From: Candidatus Colimorpha enterica
Lineage (GTDB): Bacteria > Bacillota > Clostridia > Oscillospirales > CAG-272
Direction of reading: 5' to 3'
Assembly: GCA_000433515.1 (NCBI GenBank)
Contig: FR891151.1
Span: forward strand, 1 to 43,625
DNA: 43,625 nucleotides
The position numbers and the translations under genes were made by a program. The number at the start of each line of letters is the position of its first letter. Position 1 is the stretch's first letter. This document shows positions 26,524-36,474 of this stretch, piece after piece. The notes under the pieces were generated by a model. It was not told where the DNA came from. It worked only from the letters and a program-made list of their open reading frames with translations, and did no database searches.

Positions 26524-27408
26524 ATGGCAGACAGAAAAAAACGACGCGGCGACCGTAAGGACGGATATCTTGTCAGGGAAACCGACCCTCTGCACGCGAT
26601 CTCACCTTACATCCTGCCGAACCGCACCGACAACGAAGCTGTACTGACCGAGACGGTCGATATGACAAACGTCGTTGCCTACATAGAAGGCAGAAACGCA
26701 GACAGTCCCGAGTTCAGATACACGTTTTTCCACTTCATCTGTGCGGCGCTTGCAAAAACCATCACCCTCAGACCGAAAATGAACAGGTTTTATTCCGGAC
26801 ACCGGCTTTACGACCGGAAGGATCTTCTGTTCTCCTTCGTCGTCAAGAGAAAATTTGCAGATGACGGCGCAGAGGCACTTGCAACCGTCAAAATTGACCG
26901 TGAAAGCGATGTCCCGCCTCTTGACCAGATATACGAACAGGTTAAAAAATACGTTTATAGTGTCAGAAAAAGCGACAAAAACGATTCGACTACAGATAAA
27001 ATGAATCTTCTTCTGATTATGCCGCGCCCGATACTCCGCTTTGCAATGAGAGTCCTCCGGTGGCTTGAATATCACGGCCGATATCCCAAAGCACTTATGT
27101 ATGACGACCCGTATTACTCATCGGTATTCCTCTCCAATCTCGGAAGCATAAAGATGAGCGCGGACTATCATCACCTTGCCAACTGGGGAACCAACTCCAT
27201 CTTTGTCATTATCGGCGAAATGAAGCCGATGCCGTTCTATGCCGCAGACGGAAGCGTCTCCGTAAGGGAAGCGCTGAAACTGAGCCTGACGATCGACGAA
27301 AGAATAGCTGACGGCTTCTATTTTGCAAACAGCATAAAGATACTGAAAAAGCTGTTCGAATGCCCGGAGCTTATCGAAAGACCGCTGAATGAACCGATCG
27401 AATTATAA
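26524..27408 (+). CDS. Stand-alone 2-oxoacid-dehydrogenase E2 / CAT-fold acyltransferase domain protein
   Basis: 294 aa. The C-terminal block LSLTIDERIADGFYFANS aligns by eye with the E2 catalytic DHRxxDG motif, but carries Glu in place of His. Confidence 0.65.
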   Translation: MADRKKRRGDRKDGYLVRETDPLHAISPYILPNRTDNEAVLTETVDMTNVVAYIEGRNADSPEFRYTFFHFICAALAKTITLRPKMNRFYSGHRLYDRKDLLFSFVVKRKFADDGAEALATVKIDRESDVPPLDQIYEQVKKYVYSVRKSDKNDSTTDKMNLLLIMPRPILRFAMRVLRWLEYHGRYPKALMYDDPYYSSVFLSNLGSIKMSADYHHLANWGTNSIFVIIGEMKPMPFYAADGSVSVREALKLSLTIDERIADGFYFANSIKILKKLFECPELIERPLNEPIEL

Positions 27409-27429
27409 TACCGGAAAGGACAAAATATA

Positions 27430-29229
27430 ATGTCAACTGTCAGAACACCGTGGCTCAACAATTACGGCGACATTCCCGCAAAGCTGGAATACAAGACCGG
27501 CACTATGTGGGAAGCCGTTGCCGACGTTGCCGCCGAATATCCGGACTATGTCGCCTATGCCTTCATGGGGAGGCAGACTACATATCAGAAATTCGCAAGG
27601 GACGTTGCCGCCTGCGCAAAGTCGCTTAAGAAGATAGGGATAAATCCCGGTGACAGGGTCACGATATGTATGCCGAACTGCCCTCAGACCGTTATCATGT
27701 TCTACGCGGTGAACGTCGTCGGCGCTGTCGCCAACATGGTTCACCCTCTTTCGAGCGAGAACGAGATCGCGTTCTATCTCAATGAGTCAAAAAGCATCGC
27801 GGCGATCACTCTTGACCAGTTTTACGGCAAGTTTGCGGCGATCAGAAGCAGGGTCAATCTTGCCAACCTGATAATCGCCGATGTGAAGGACGCACTTTCG
27901 CCGCTGATGAAGATCGGTTACAGCCTGACCGCCGGCAGAAAGATACCGAAGGTACCTGATGATGCTCCGGTCATCAGATGGAACGATTTCATCAGGATGG
28001 GCAGAAGCTATACCGGCGAATATAAGGTGAAGAGAGATAAGCTCGACCCCGCGGTCATTCTTTACAGCGGCGGCACGACCGGAATTACAAAAGGAATACT
28101 CCTTTCGAACCTCAATTTCAACGCCCTTGCCGCGCAGATAATCGCTACAAACCCGGTATTCCGTCCGGGAGACTCGATGCTTGCCGTCATGCCGATGTTC
28201 CACGGCTTCGGACTCGGTGTCAGCATTCATTCGATGCTTGCAAACGGCGGCAGATGCATTCTTGTCCCGCGCTTTACCGCGGAAAGCTATGCCAGATTGA
28301 TAATAAAGTACCGCTGCAACTTCATTGCGGGCGTTCCGACGCTCTATGAGGCTCTTCTGCGTCAGTCGGTCATGGACGGCGCCGATCTCTCCTGCCTTAA
28401 GGGCGTGTTCAGCGGCGGAGACTCTCTTTCGGTTGAGCTTAAAAAGCGCTTTGACAGGTTCCTTGCCGACCACAATGCCTCCGTAAAGATCAGAGAGGGC
28501 TACGGAACGACAGAGTGCGTCACCGCAAGCTGTCTCACCCCGCTTCACCTTGCAAAGGAGGGAAGCATAGGCCAGCCCTTCCCGGACACCTATTACAAGA
28601 TAGTTGCCCCCGGTACCGAGGATGAGGTCCCTTACGGCACGGAGGGTGAGATATGTCTCTCCGGTCCTACCGTCATGATGGAGTACGTCAATCACCCCGA
28701 AGAGACGGCAAAAACGCTCAGAACTCATTCCGACGGACTTAAGTGGATACACACCGGCGACCTCGGCTGTATGGATGAGGACGGTTTCATATATTTCCGG
28801 CAGAGGATCAAGAGAATGATCGTGACAAGCGGCTACAACGTTTACCCGTCTCAGCTTGAGAATATCCTCGACGCGCATGAGCTGGTTCAGATGAGCTGCG
28901 TTATCGGGGTTCCCGATCCGCTGAAGATCCAGAAGGTCAAGGCATTCATCGTCCTGAAGCCCGGATATCAGCCGACCGACGAAAACCGGGAGATCATCCG
29001 CGAGTACTGCAGGAAGAATATTGCAAGGTACGCAATGCCGTATGATATCGAATTCCGCGAGAGCCTGCCCAAGACCCTTGTCGGAAAGGTTGCATACCGC
29101 GTGCTTGAAGAAGAGGAAGCGGCAAAGAGAGCGGCAAATGCAGCGGCGAAACCGGCAGAAACGGTTTCCGCCGACGAAAAGCCGGAAGTCAGCGAAACAG
29201 ACGCAACCGCCCCCGCGACTGTCAGATAA
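27430..29229 (+). CDS. Acyl-AMP/acyl-CoA ligase (AMP-binding superfamily) with Ala/Glu/Pro-rich C-terminal tail
   Basis: Motifs LYSGGTTGITKG, REGYGTTE, HTGDLG and PKTLVGKV. Confidence 0.85.
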   Translation: MSTVRTPWLNNYGDIPAKLEYKTGTMWEAVADVAAEYPDYVAYAFMGRQTTYQKFARDVAACAKSLKKIGINPGDRVTICMPNCPQTVIMFYAVNVVGAVANMVHPLSSENEIAFYLNESKSIAAITLDQFYGKFAAIRSRVNLANLIIADVKDALSPLMKIGYSLTAGRKIPKVPDDAPVIRWNDFIRMGRSYTGEYKVKRDKLDPAVILYSGGTTGITKGILLSNLNFNALAAQIIATNPVFRPGDSMLAVMPMFHGFGLGVSIHSMLANGGRCILVPRFTAESYARLIIKYRCNFIAGVPTLYEALLRQSVMDGADLSCLKGVFSGGDSLSVELKKRFDRFLADHNASVKIREGYGTTECVTASCLTPLHLAKEGSIGQPFPDTYYKIVAPGTEDEVPYGTEGEICLSGPTVMMEYVNHPEETAKTLRTHSDGLKWIHTGDLGCMDEDGFIYFRQRIKRMIVTSGYNVYPSQLENILDAHELVQMSCVIGVPDPLKIQKVKAFIVLKPGYQPTDENREIIREYCRKNIARYAMPYDIEFRESLPKTLVGKVAYRVLEEEEAAKRAANAAAKPAETVSADEKPEVSETDATAPATVR

Positions 29230-29256
29230 TAAAATAATCACGGAGAGGAACAACTA

Positions 29257-30438
29257 ATGGATATTTTCGACAAATGCTATGAACCGTCCCTTGCAAAGCA
29301 GGTAAGGGAGCAGGGAATCTACCCGTACTTCCACGCCCTTCAGTCACGGCAGGACAAAGAGGTCGTGATGGAGGGAAAACGCCGGATAATGCTCGGCTCC
29401 AACAACTACCTCGGGCTGACTACACAGCCGGAGGTCATCGAGGCGGGAGTGAAGGCTCTTGAGAAGTACGGCACAGGCTGTTCCGGATCAAGATTTCTGA
29501 ACGGAACACTCCAGATGCACCTTGAGCTTGAGGAGGAGCTGGCACAGTTCCTGAACAAGGAAGCCGCCATGACCTTTTCCACCGGTTTTCAGTCAAATCT
29601 CGGGATAATCAGCGCGATTGCAAAACACGGAGACTACATTCTCAACGATAAGGAAAACCATGCAAGCATTTATGACGCCTGCCGTCTGAGCTATGCAAAA
29701 ACTCTCAGCTACCGGCACAACGACATGGGAGAGCTTGAGAGGATTTTGAAGCAGATAGAGGGCAAGGGCGGTATACTCATCGTCACCGACGGCGTTTTCA
29801 GCATGAGCGGAGACATAGCCAACCTGCCGGAAATCGTCAGGCTTGCAAGGAAATACGGCGCAAGAGTCATGGTTGACGATGCGCACGGCCTCGGCGTCCT
29901 CGGAGAGGGCGGACGGGGAACCGCAAACCATTTCGGTCTTGACGACGAGGTGGATATATACATGGGAACCTTCAGCAAATCGCTTGCCAGCCTCGGAGGC
30001 TACATGGCGGCAAAGGCGGAGGTCGTCGATTATGTCAAGCACGCCTCGCGTCCGTTCATCTTCTCGGCATCGATACCGCCGTCAAGCTGTGCGGTGGCTC
30101 TTGCAGCCCTCAGATATCTGAAAGCCCACCCGGAGATCGTATCAAGGCTCCGCTCGCTTTCCGATTATGCCCGCCGCGGCTACAAGGCGAAGGGAATCAG
30201 GATAATCGAGGCTTCTACGCCGATAATCCCGATATACACCTATGAAGTCGAAAATACCATAAGAAAAGCTCACGACATCTACGAGGACGGCGTGTACCTC
30301 AATCCGGTTCTCCCGCCGGCGACCCCGCCGGGAGAGTGCCTGCTGAGAACCAGCTACATGGCAACCCTCACCGAGCCGCTTCTTGACGAGGCGATTGAGA
30401 TAATCGCGCGTCACATAAAACCCGACAGCCATGAATAA
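29257..30438 (+). CDS. PLP-dependent alpha-oxoamine synthase, serine-palmitoyltransferase-like
   Basis: GSNNYLGLT, GTGCSGSRFLNGT, FSTGFQSNLG, HASIYD, DDAHGLGVLG and GTFSKSLASLGG (PLP Lys). The pattern is closer to what I recall for bacterial SPT than for BioF or Kbl. Confidence 0.8.
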   Translation: MDIFDKCYEPSLAKQVREQGIYPYFHALQSRQDKEVVMEGKRRIMLGSNNYLGLTTQPEVIEAGVKALEKYGTGCSGSRFLNGTLQMHLELEEELAQFLNKEAAMTFSTGFQSNLGIISAIAKHGDYILNDKENHASIYDACRLSYAKTLSYRHNDMGELERILKQIEGKGGILIVTDGVFSMSGDIANLPEIVRLARKYGARVMVDDAHGLGVLGEGGRGTANHFGLDDEVDIYMGTFSKSLASLGGYMAAKAEVVDYVKHASRPFIFSASIPPSSCAVALAALRYLKAHPEIVSRLRSLSDYARRGYKAKGIRIIEASTPIIPIYTYEVENTIRKAHDIYEDGVYLNPVLPPATPPGECLLRTSYMATLTEPLLDEAIEIIARHIKPDSHE

Positions 30439-31222
30439 GGTAGCTGTCATCACCGGCGGAAGCTCCGGAATCGGAAAGGCGACAGCAATTGAGCTGAAAA
30501 AGCGCGGTCTGACGGTTTACGAGCTTTCCCGCCGCGATTCCGACATCCCGGGGATAATCCACATAAAAGCCGACGTGACCGACGGAAAATCGGTCTCCGA
30601 TGCGATAGACCGTGTGATCTCCGAGCAGGGAAGGATCGATATTCTCATAAACAACGCCGGTTACGGCATTTCCGGAGCGGTTGAATTCACTCCGGCTGAG
30701 GATGCAATGCGGCTGTTTGACGTGAACTTCTTCGGCATGGTCAGGATGACGGAAAAGGTCATTCCTTACATGAGGGAAAACGGCGGCGGGCGCATCGTGA
30801 ACATAAGCTCGGTGGCTGCCGTTGTGCCGATACCCTTCCAGACATATTATTCCGCGTCGAAGGCGGCGATAAGCTCATACTCAATGGCGCTTGCAAACGA
30901 GGTGGGGCGGTTCGGAATACGCGTCTCGGCGATAATGCCGGGTGACATTTCCACCGGATTTACCGACGCAAGAAAGAAAATCACCGAAGGCGACGATGTC
31001 TACCGCGGTTCGGTTTCCCGTTCCGTCGGGACGATGGAGAAGGGCGAGCGCGGGGGCATGGATGTGACGAAAGCCGGCGCTTTTGTGGCAAAAGCGGCTA
31101 TTGACAGAAGACATAAACCGTTATATACTATTGGTGCACAGTATAAACTTGCAGTCCTGCTGACAAAAATTCTGCCGGCAGCATGGCTCAACCATCTTAT
31201 CCGCATTATCTACGCAAAATAA
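30431..31222 (+). CDS. Classical short-chain dehydrogenase/reductase (candidate 3-keto-sphinganine-type reductase)
   Basis: TGGSSGIGKA, NNAG and YSASKAA. An 8-nt overlap with the SPT-like gene. Confidence 0.8.
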   Translation: MNKVAVITGGSSGIGKATAIELKKRGLTVYELSRRDSDIPGIIHIKADVTDGKSVSDAIDRVISEQGRIDILINNAGYGISGAVEFTPAEDAMRLFDVNFFGMVRMTEKVIPYMRENGGGRIVNISSVAAVVPIPFQTYYSASKAAISSYSMALANEVGRFGIRVSAIMPGDISTGFTDARKKITEGDDVYRGSVSRSVGTMEKGERGGMDVTKAGAFVAKAAIDRRHKPLYTIGAQYKLAVLLTKILPAAWLNHLIRIIYAK

Positions 31223-31252
31223 AAGACACACCCAGTACGGAGGATTTGAAAA

Positions 31253-31492
31253 ATGAATGAAGAAATTTTCGATCAGCTTAAAGAGATAATAGTTGACGAG
31301 CTTGATATCGACGGATCGGAGATCAAGCCCGAATCAGTCCTTCTTTCCGATCTTGATATCAATTCCCTTGAGCTTATGAATCTTGTGATGGTGGTTGAGG
31401 AAAAGTACAATATTTTCCTTGACGAAGAAAGACTTCGCGACATCAAGACTGTCGGAGACGTTGTTTCATATGTTGCCGAACTGAAAGGATGA
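31253..31492 (+). CDS. Acyl carrier protein
   Basis: 79 aa and acidic. LSDLDINSLELMNLV contains the phosphopantetheine Ser context. Confidence 0.8.
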   Translation: MNEEIFDQLKEIIVDELDIDGSEIKPESVLLSDLDINSLELMNLVMVVEEKYNIFLDEERLRDIKTVGDVVSYVAELKG

Positions 31493-33177
31493 CCGTCATG
31501 GATTCCAAAGCAAAGCTCAGCAAAAGAAATAAAGAAGGCTACTATATAGTCAAGCCGGTCAACAGCATAAAGGAAATGCTGAAAGCCGCAAAGGACGAGG
31601 CGGGCGACTGGGACGCTTATCAGTACAGGATCCCGGACGACCCGGAGAACGGTATCCGTCATATCACATATAAGGAATTCTACGAAACGACAGAGAATCT
31701 CGGCGCGGCACTGACCGACATGGGTCTCGGAAATGCGCACATCGCCTGTCTCGGCGACAACAGCTACCCGTGGATAGTTGCCTATCTTACCGTTCTGAAG
31801 TCTGCCGGAGTGTTTGTTCCGATCGACAGGGAGCTGCCGGCTGACGATATTCTCCGCATCGTAAACGACAGCGACAGCACCGCGATATTCTGCGGCAGGC
31901 GGTTCGAGCAGATGATCCTCGACAACCGCGACAGGCTCCCGGCGATAAAGTATGTCATTTCGCTTGACGCGGAGGAGAACACCGACGATATGTACTCAAT
32001 GACCGCGCTCATCGAACGCGGAAGGTCGTTTGACCGCACGGAGTATGACTCGCTGAAGTCCGACGAAAACGGGCTGAAAATGCTTGTCTACACCTCCGGC
32101 ACGACCGGCATCGCAAAGGGCGTCATGCTCAGCGAGCACAACCTTGTCTCCGGCGTCTATTACGGACTTCAGGTTTCACAGCCGCTCAGCAAGGGACTGT
32201 CGGTGCTTCCGTACAATCACACATACGAATCGGTCTGCGATATCCTTGTGTCGATACACAAGCACTCCACGCTCTGCATAAACGACTCCCTCAAGGCGGT
32301 GGTCAAAAACCTTCAGCTGTTCAAGCCGGATTATATCTACCTTGTTCCCGCGTTCCTTGAGCTGTTCTATTCAAACATCATGCGCACCCTGAAGAAGCAG
32401 GGCAAGGACAAGCTGGTATTCAGCATGATCGAAAAGTCAAACAAGCTCCGCAAGGTCGGAATCGATATGCGTAAGGTCTTTTTCGGAAAGATAACCGAAT
32501 CCTTCGGAGGAAACCTGAAGAAGATCGTCTGCGGCGGCGCTCCGATACGTCCCGAGATCGGAAAGTTCTTCGGCGATATCGGGATCTGGGTCATCGGAGG
32601 CTACGGGATCACCGAGTGCTCTCCGCTTGTCTCGGTCAACGATGAAAGCGCGAACGACTATAACACCGTCGGAAGAAGGCTTCCGTGCCTTGAGTGGAAG
32701 GTTGACGCGCCCAACGACGAGGGAATCGGCGAGATCTGCGTAAAGGGTGACGTCGTAATGCTCGGCTACTACAAGCAGCCCGAAAAGACCGCAGAGGTGA
32801 TTCAGGACGGCTGGTTCAGAACCGGCGACTACGGCTTCATCACCCCGGAGGACTGGCTCGTCATCACCGGACGCAAGAAGAACATCATTGTCCTTACAAA
32901 CGGTAAGAATATCTACCCCGAGGAGATCGAGGGATATATCATGCAGATAGATTACGTCATCGAGGCTGTCGTCAGAGGCGTGAAGAACGACCACGGACAG
33001 GAAACTCACCTCATGGCGGAGGTATACCTTGACGGTGAACACGAAAAGCAGGATGTCCTTCGCGACATTCAGAAAAAGCTCTCGGTTCTGCCGGGCTACA
33101 AAACAGTTTCCACGGTCGAGATCCGAAAGGAGCCGTTTGCAAAGACCACGTCGAATAAGATCAAAAGAACTTATTGA
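31489..33177 (+). CDS. Long-chain acyl-CoA/acyl-ACP synthetase (AMP-binding superfamily)
   Basis: YTSGTTGIAKGV, GGYGITEC and TGDYG. An ATGA overlap with the ACP gene suggests translational coupling. Confidence 0.85.
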   Translation: MTVMDSKAKLSKRNKEGYYIVKPVNSIKEMLKAAKDEAGDWDAYQYRIPDDPENGIRHITYKEFYETTENLGAALTDMGLGNAHIACLGDNSYPWIVAYLTVLKSAGVFVPIDRELPADDILRIVNDSDSTAIFCGRRFEQMILDNRDRLPAIKYVISLDAEENTDDMYSMTALIERGRSFDRTEYDSLKSDENGLKMLVYTSGTTGIAKGVMLSEHNLVSGVYYGLQVSQPLSKGLSVLPYNHTYESVCDILVSIHKHSTLCINDSLKAVVKNLQLFKPDYIYLVPAFLELFYSNIMRTLKKQGKDKLVFSMIEKSNKLRKVGIDMRKVFFGKITESFGGNLKKIVCGGAPIRPEIGKFFGDIGIWVIGGYGITECSPLVSVNDESANDYNTVGRRLPCLEWKVDAPNDEGIGEICVKGDVVMLGYYKQPEKTAEVIQDGWFRTGDYGFITPEDWLVITGRKKNIIVLTNGKNIYPEEIEGYIMQIDYVIEAVVRGVKNDHGQETHLMAEVYLDGEHEKQDVLRDIQKKLSVLPGYKTVSTVEIRKEPFAKTTSNKIKRTY

Positions 33178-33212
33178 CAATTGCGGATTTTAATCACATT
33201 AACTGCTTCGGA

Positions 33213-33257
33213 AAAGCCATCAGATAACCCTTTGCACGGGAGTCTGATGGCTTTTTT
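33213..33257 (+). terminator. Rho-independent terminator ending the lipid operon
   Basis: aaagccatcaga...tctgatggcttt followed by a T-run. Confidence 0.7.
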
Positions 33258-33632
33258 CACCATGAATCAGGACGTAAACTCGTAAATCCACTGAAAAACG
33301 TCCAACAGACTGCATTTGTGCTGGAAATAACTGCAACTGCTATAATTTATCTTTGTTTGTATTACCGGGTTGGACACACCTGCGGGCAATTTAGCTTGGT
33401 AAGCACGTTGACTCAGTATTGATGAAATCAGACAGCTTTGTGACGATAACTGCCATTGACTGACGTGAAAAAACACTATATAATATAGGGGTACAGCAAG
33501 TCATTTTAATGTATTTATCACAAAAGACTGCTTAAACAGTTACGCGATCATCCGCACGTCGGGACAGTGCTGTCGTCCGGCGCACCCGGCGCGGGTCATC
33601 ATAAATATTTCATTCCCGAAAGGATAAACAAG

Positions 33633-34781
33633 ATGAAAATGTCGAAACGTATTGCTTCTCTTCTCATCACCGTTATCATGCTACTCGGCATGATGACCGT
33701 GTTTGCAAGTGCAGTTGACGCAAGTGCAGCTGACGCGAGCATCAAGCTCAAGAATTGGAATCGAAACGATGTATTCAACTTTGAGTACACCGGAGCAAAT
33801 GAAGGATCATGGGTGGGAATATACCTTGCAAGTGAGACACCCAGTGACGGCACTCCCGCAATTATGTGGAAGTCTGTTGATGCCGGCAGCGGTGAGGCTA
33901 TGATTGCCAACGGCGCTATCAACGGAAACCAGGACGGTAAGGGCGGTGCAAAGTACAGTGACGCTTATACCAATCTTCTTCCGGGTGATTATAAGATCTG
34001 TCTCTTCAAGGATGGCGGATACGAAGTAATCGCAAGTGAGAAGTTCACCGTCAGACAGTATGATGTCAAGAAAGACGGAACGAGCACTTATCTCTCTGAT
34101 CTTCAGTGGGTTTCTTTTGTGAACTACAGAAACACTTCCGATGATCTTAAAAGCGATTCTAATCCTGATGGTCTTACACTTGAGGCAATGGGAGGAAACC
34201 GTCCGTTTTTGGATGCTCAGAACGGCGCATTTGATCCGACTGCCAACGGATATACTTATTACCCCAGTGACACCGCGCTTGTTTCTACAATAAATGTCGG
34301 CGGTCTCTATTATGAGAAGGGCATTTCGATCGCTATCAGAAAGATCACTGATGTGGACGAGATGAAGGAATTCAAGGGCAACAAAGAAAAGTATGCGGAA
34401 ATCGTTTATGATATAAGCAATCTCGATGTTAACAATTTCTCCTGTGTGTTCGGAAAAAACTACCTCGGACAGAAGGGCAACAACATCGGCGGTTGTGAGA
34501 TTCTTGCAGACGACAAGGTTATCTACACTTCTCCTGCCGAACAGATGGAAAAGAAGGATGCTGTTGAAGTAAAGTGCGAAATTCCTGCAGGAACTAAGCA
34601 GCTTACTCTTCGTGCCTATTCCACATCCCAGACTCATGCTGACGGTGGTGTTGCTTTTGCCGATGCAAAGCTTTACAAAACCGGAAGTGCTTCCACATCC
34701 GACATGGGCATCGCGGTTTCCGCCATTGCTCTCGTCGTTGCCGCTTCCGCGGCAGCAGTTGCTCTCTCCAAGAAGCACTGA
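33633..34781 (+). CDS. Secreted surface protein with NPCBM-like carbohydrate-binding module and C-terminal TM anchor
   Basis: ATG 33633 follows AAAGGA. Signal peptide MKMSKRIASLLITVIMLLGMMTVFASA. TYLSDLQWVS is the NPCBM hallmark. The C-terminal GIAVSAIALVVAASAAAVAL is followed by SKKH. Confidence 0.65.
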   Translation: MKMSKRIASLLITVIMLLGMMTVFASAVDASAADASIKLKNWNRNDVFNFEYTGANEGSWVGIYLASETPSDGTPAIMWKSVDAGSGEAMIANGAINGNQDGKGGAKYSDAYTNLLPGDYKICLFKDGGYEVIASEKFTVRQYDVKKDGTSTYLSDLQWVSFVNYRNTSDDLKSDSNPDGLTLEAMGGNRPFLDAQNGAFDPTANGYTYYPSDTALVSTINVGGLYYEKGISIAIRKITDVDEMKEFKGNKEKYAEIVYDISNLDVNNFSCVFGKNYLGQKGNNIGGCEILADDKVIYTSPAEQMEKKDAVEVKCEIPAGTKQLTLRAYSTSQTHADGGVAFADAKLYKTGSASTSDMGIAVSAIALVVAASAAAVALSKKH

Positions 34782-34869
34782 ACTGAGACAATAAGAGACA
34801 GCCATCTGACAACCGGACGACACCGTCAGATGGCTGGCGTCAGTTATTCTCCACAATGAGGTTATTCAA

Positions 34870-36411
34870 ATGAAAGTGAAAAAATTCCTGATAGCCGCAA
34901 CAGCAGTGCTTCTTGCCCTCCTTGCCTCCTGCGGCACAACAGGCACACCGGGGTCATCGACAGCGGGCGGCGGTTCAGGCTCACCCGGAACCTCCGGTGT
35001 TTCTTCCGGTTCTTCCGATACAGACGACAGCCCCCTTTATGTCGCCGATTATCTTCCCACGCCTGATCTTAAAGGGCTTGAGTTCAATATTCTCAACATT
35101 GACAAGAACCAGACTCAGCTTATTCTTGAATTCGCGCCCGATGCTTCGTCCGACAATATTATCAGCGCGGCGCTCTATAAGCGCAACAATATAATTCAGA
35201 ATCGCTATAACATGGTCTTCGTCGAGGATGTCGGCGGAAATTACAAGGATCTTGATACAAAATTCAGCCAGATTATTTCTTCCGGTGAAACAAAGTATTC
35301 GCTTGTAACCATGATACAGAGATATGCCTTTGCCAAGGCAATGAGCGGCTACTGTGTCCTTGTTGACGACCTTCCCAACCTTGATGTCACTCAGCCCTGG
35401 TATGTCCAGGACGTGAACGAGCAGTTCTCGATTGCCGGTGTCAAGGTGTTTGCATACAGCGACGAGTGCATAAATCTGTTTGAGCAGACGATGTGCATAC
35501 TCTACAACAAGAATATTGTCAATAATTCTCAGAACCTTGTCGATCCTTATGACCTTGTCAAAGCCGGAACATGGACCGTTGACAAGTTCCTTGAGCAGGC
35601 AAGGCTCGGCACGCAGGACATTGACGGTTATGAACCGATAAATGACAACGATATTATCGGAATCGTCGGCACACAGGATTTCCTGTATCCGACATTCTGG
35701 ATCGGCGCAGGACTCAATTCCGTCAAGAAGAATGACGACGGAGTCCCGAGCTTCAAGACAGCAACCGATGAGAAGTTCATCACACTCATGGACAAGATTC
35801 TTGAGTATGTCAAGATGGACGGCGTGTTCTTTGACCTCTGGGTAGACACCCCCGCTGTATATCAGTATCCCGATCCCGGCGAGTCCGCAAGAATGATATT
35901 CGAGAACGACCACGCACTTTATACCATCACTGTAGTAAGCGATATCATGCAGCACAACAAAATGAAGTCTGATTTCGGTATCGCTCCTGCCCCCAAGCTC
36001 GACGAGACTCAGGAGAGCTACAAGTCACGCGTCATCGACGGCTGGCTTAAGGTTGTGCCCAACACAAACAAGGACCTTTTCACGACCAGCCTTATCATGG
36101 AGGCTCTTGCCGTAGAGAGCAAGAACTATGTGTACGGACCCTACTACAAGCAGGCACTTCAGGGACGCTATACCCGTGACGATGAAGGAAAGTCCAACGA
36201 GATGCTTGACCTCATCTTCAACACACGTACTCAGGATCTCGGTGATACGGCATGGAAATCAAGCGTCAGCACGATATTCATGAGCTGCTTTGCCAGAAAG
36301 TCCGCCACCTTTGCCTCCGATGCGGCAAGGTATGAGGATGAAATCAACTACAATATTAAGAAAGAAGTCAAGAAGATAACCTCCGGAGAGCTCGGAGGCA
36401 AAAAGTCCTGA
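34870..36411 (+). CDS. Extracellular solute-binding lipoprotein (ABC sugar-binding, family 1-like), orphan
   Basis: Lipobox LLASCG, a Gly/Ser-rich tether, and a ~510-aa size typical of large oligosaccharide SBPs. No permease gene lies adjacent. Confidence 0.65.
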   Translation: MKVKKFLIAATAVLLALLASCGTTGTPGSSTAGGGSGSPGTSGVSSGSSDTDDSPLYVADYLPTPDLKGLEFNILNIDKNQTQLILEFAPDASSDNIISAALYKRNNIIQNRYNMVFVEDVGGNYKDLDTKFSQIISSGETKYSLVTMIQRYAFAKAMSGYCVLVDDLPNLDVTQPWYVQDVNEQFSIAGVKVFAYSDECINLFEQTMCILYNKNIVNNSQNLVDPYDLVKAGTWTVDKFLEQARLGTQDIDGYEPINDNDIIGIVGTQDFLYPTFWIGAGLNSVKKNDDGVPSFKTATDEKFITLMDKILEYVKMDGVFFDLWVDTPAVYQYPDPGESARMIFENDHALYTITVVSDIMQHNKMKSDFGIAPAPKLDETQESYKSRVIDGWLKVVPNTNKDLFTTSLIMEALAVESKNYVYGPYYKQALQGRYTRDDEGKSNEMLDLIFNTRTQDLGDTAWKSSVSTIFMSCFARKSATFASDAARYEDEINYNIKKEVKKITSGELGGKKS

Positions 36412-36420
36412 CATTCACTT

Positions 36421-36465
36421 AAAAAACCGCCGCCCGACCGTATGAACGGAAGGACGGCGGTTTTT
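36421..36465. terminator. Bidirectional terminator between the SBP gene and galE
   Basis: aaaaaccgccg...cggcggttttt. Confidence 0.7.
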
Positions 36466-36474
36466 ATGTTCTAT

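Noticed and set aside
27787-29253. A 488-aa ORF antisense to the first acyl-AMP ligase gene. Similar long antisense ORFs occur at 33807-34856, 34981-35955, 32437-33180, 5520-6410, 7873-8724 and 10557-11474.
   Set aside because: Each lies opposite a gene with clear family motifs. They have Arg/Ser/Cys-rich or otherwise atypical composition, no RBS and no recognisable domain. These are typical shadow ORFs.
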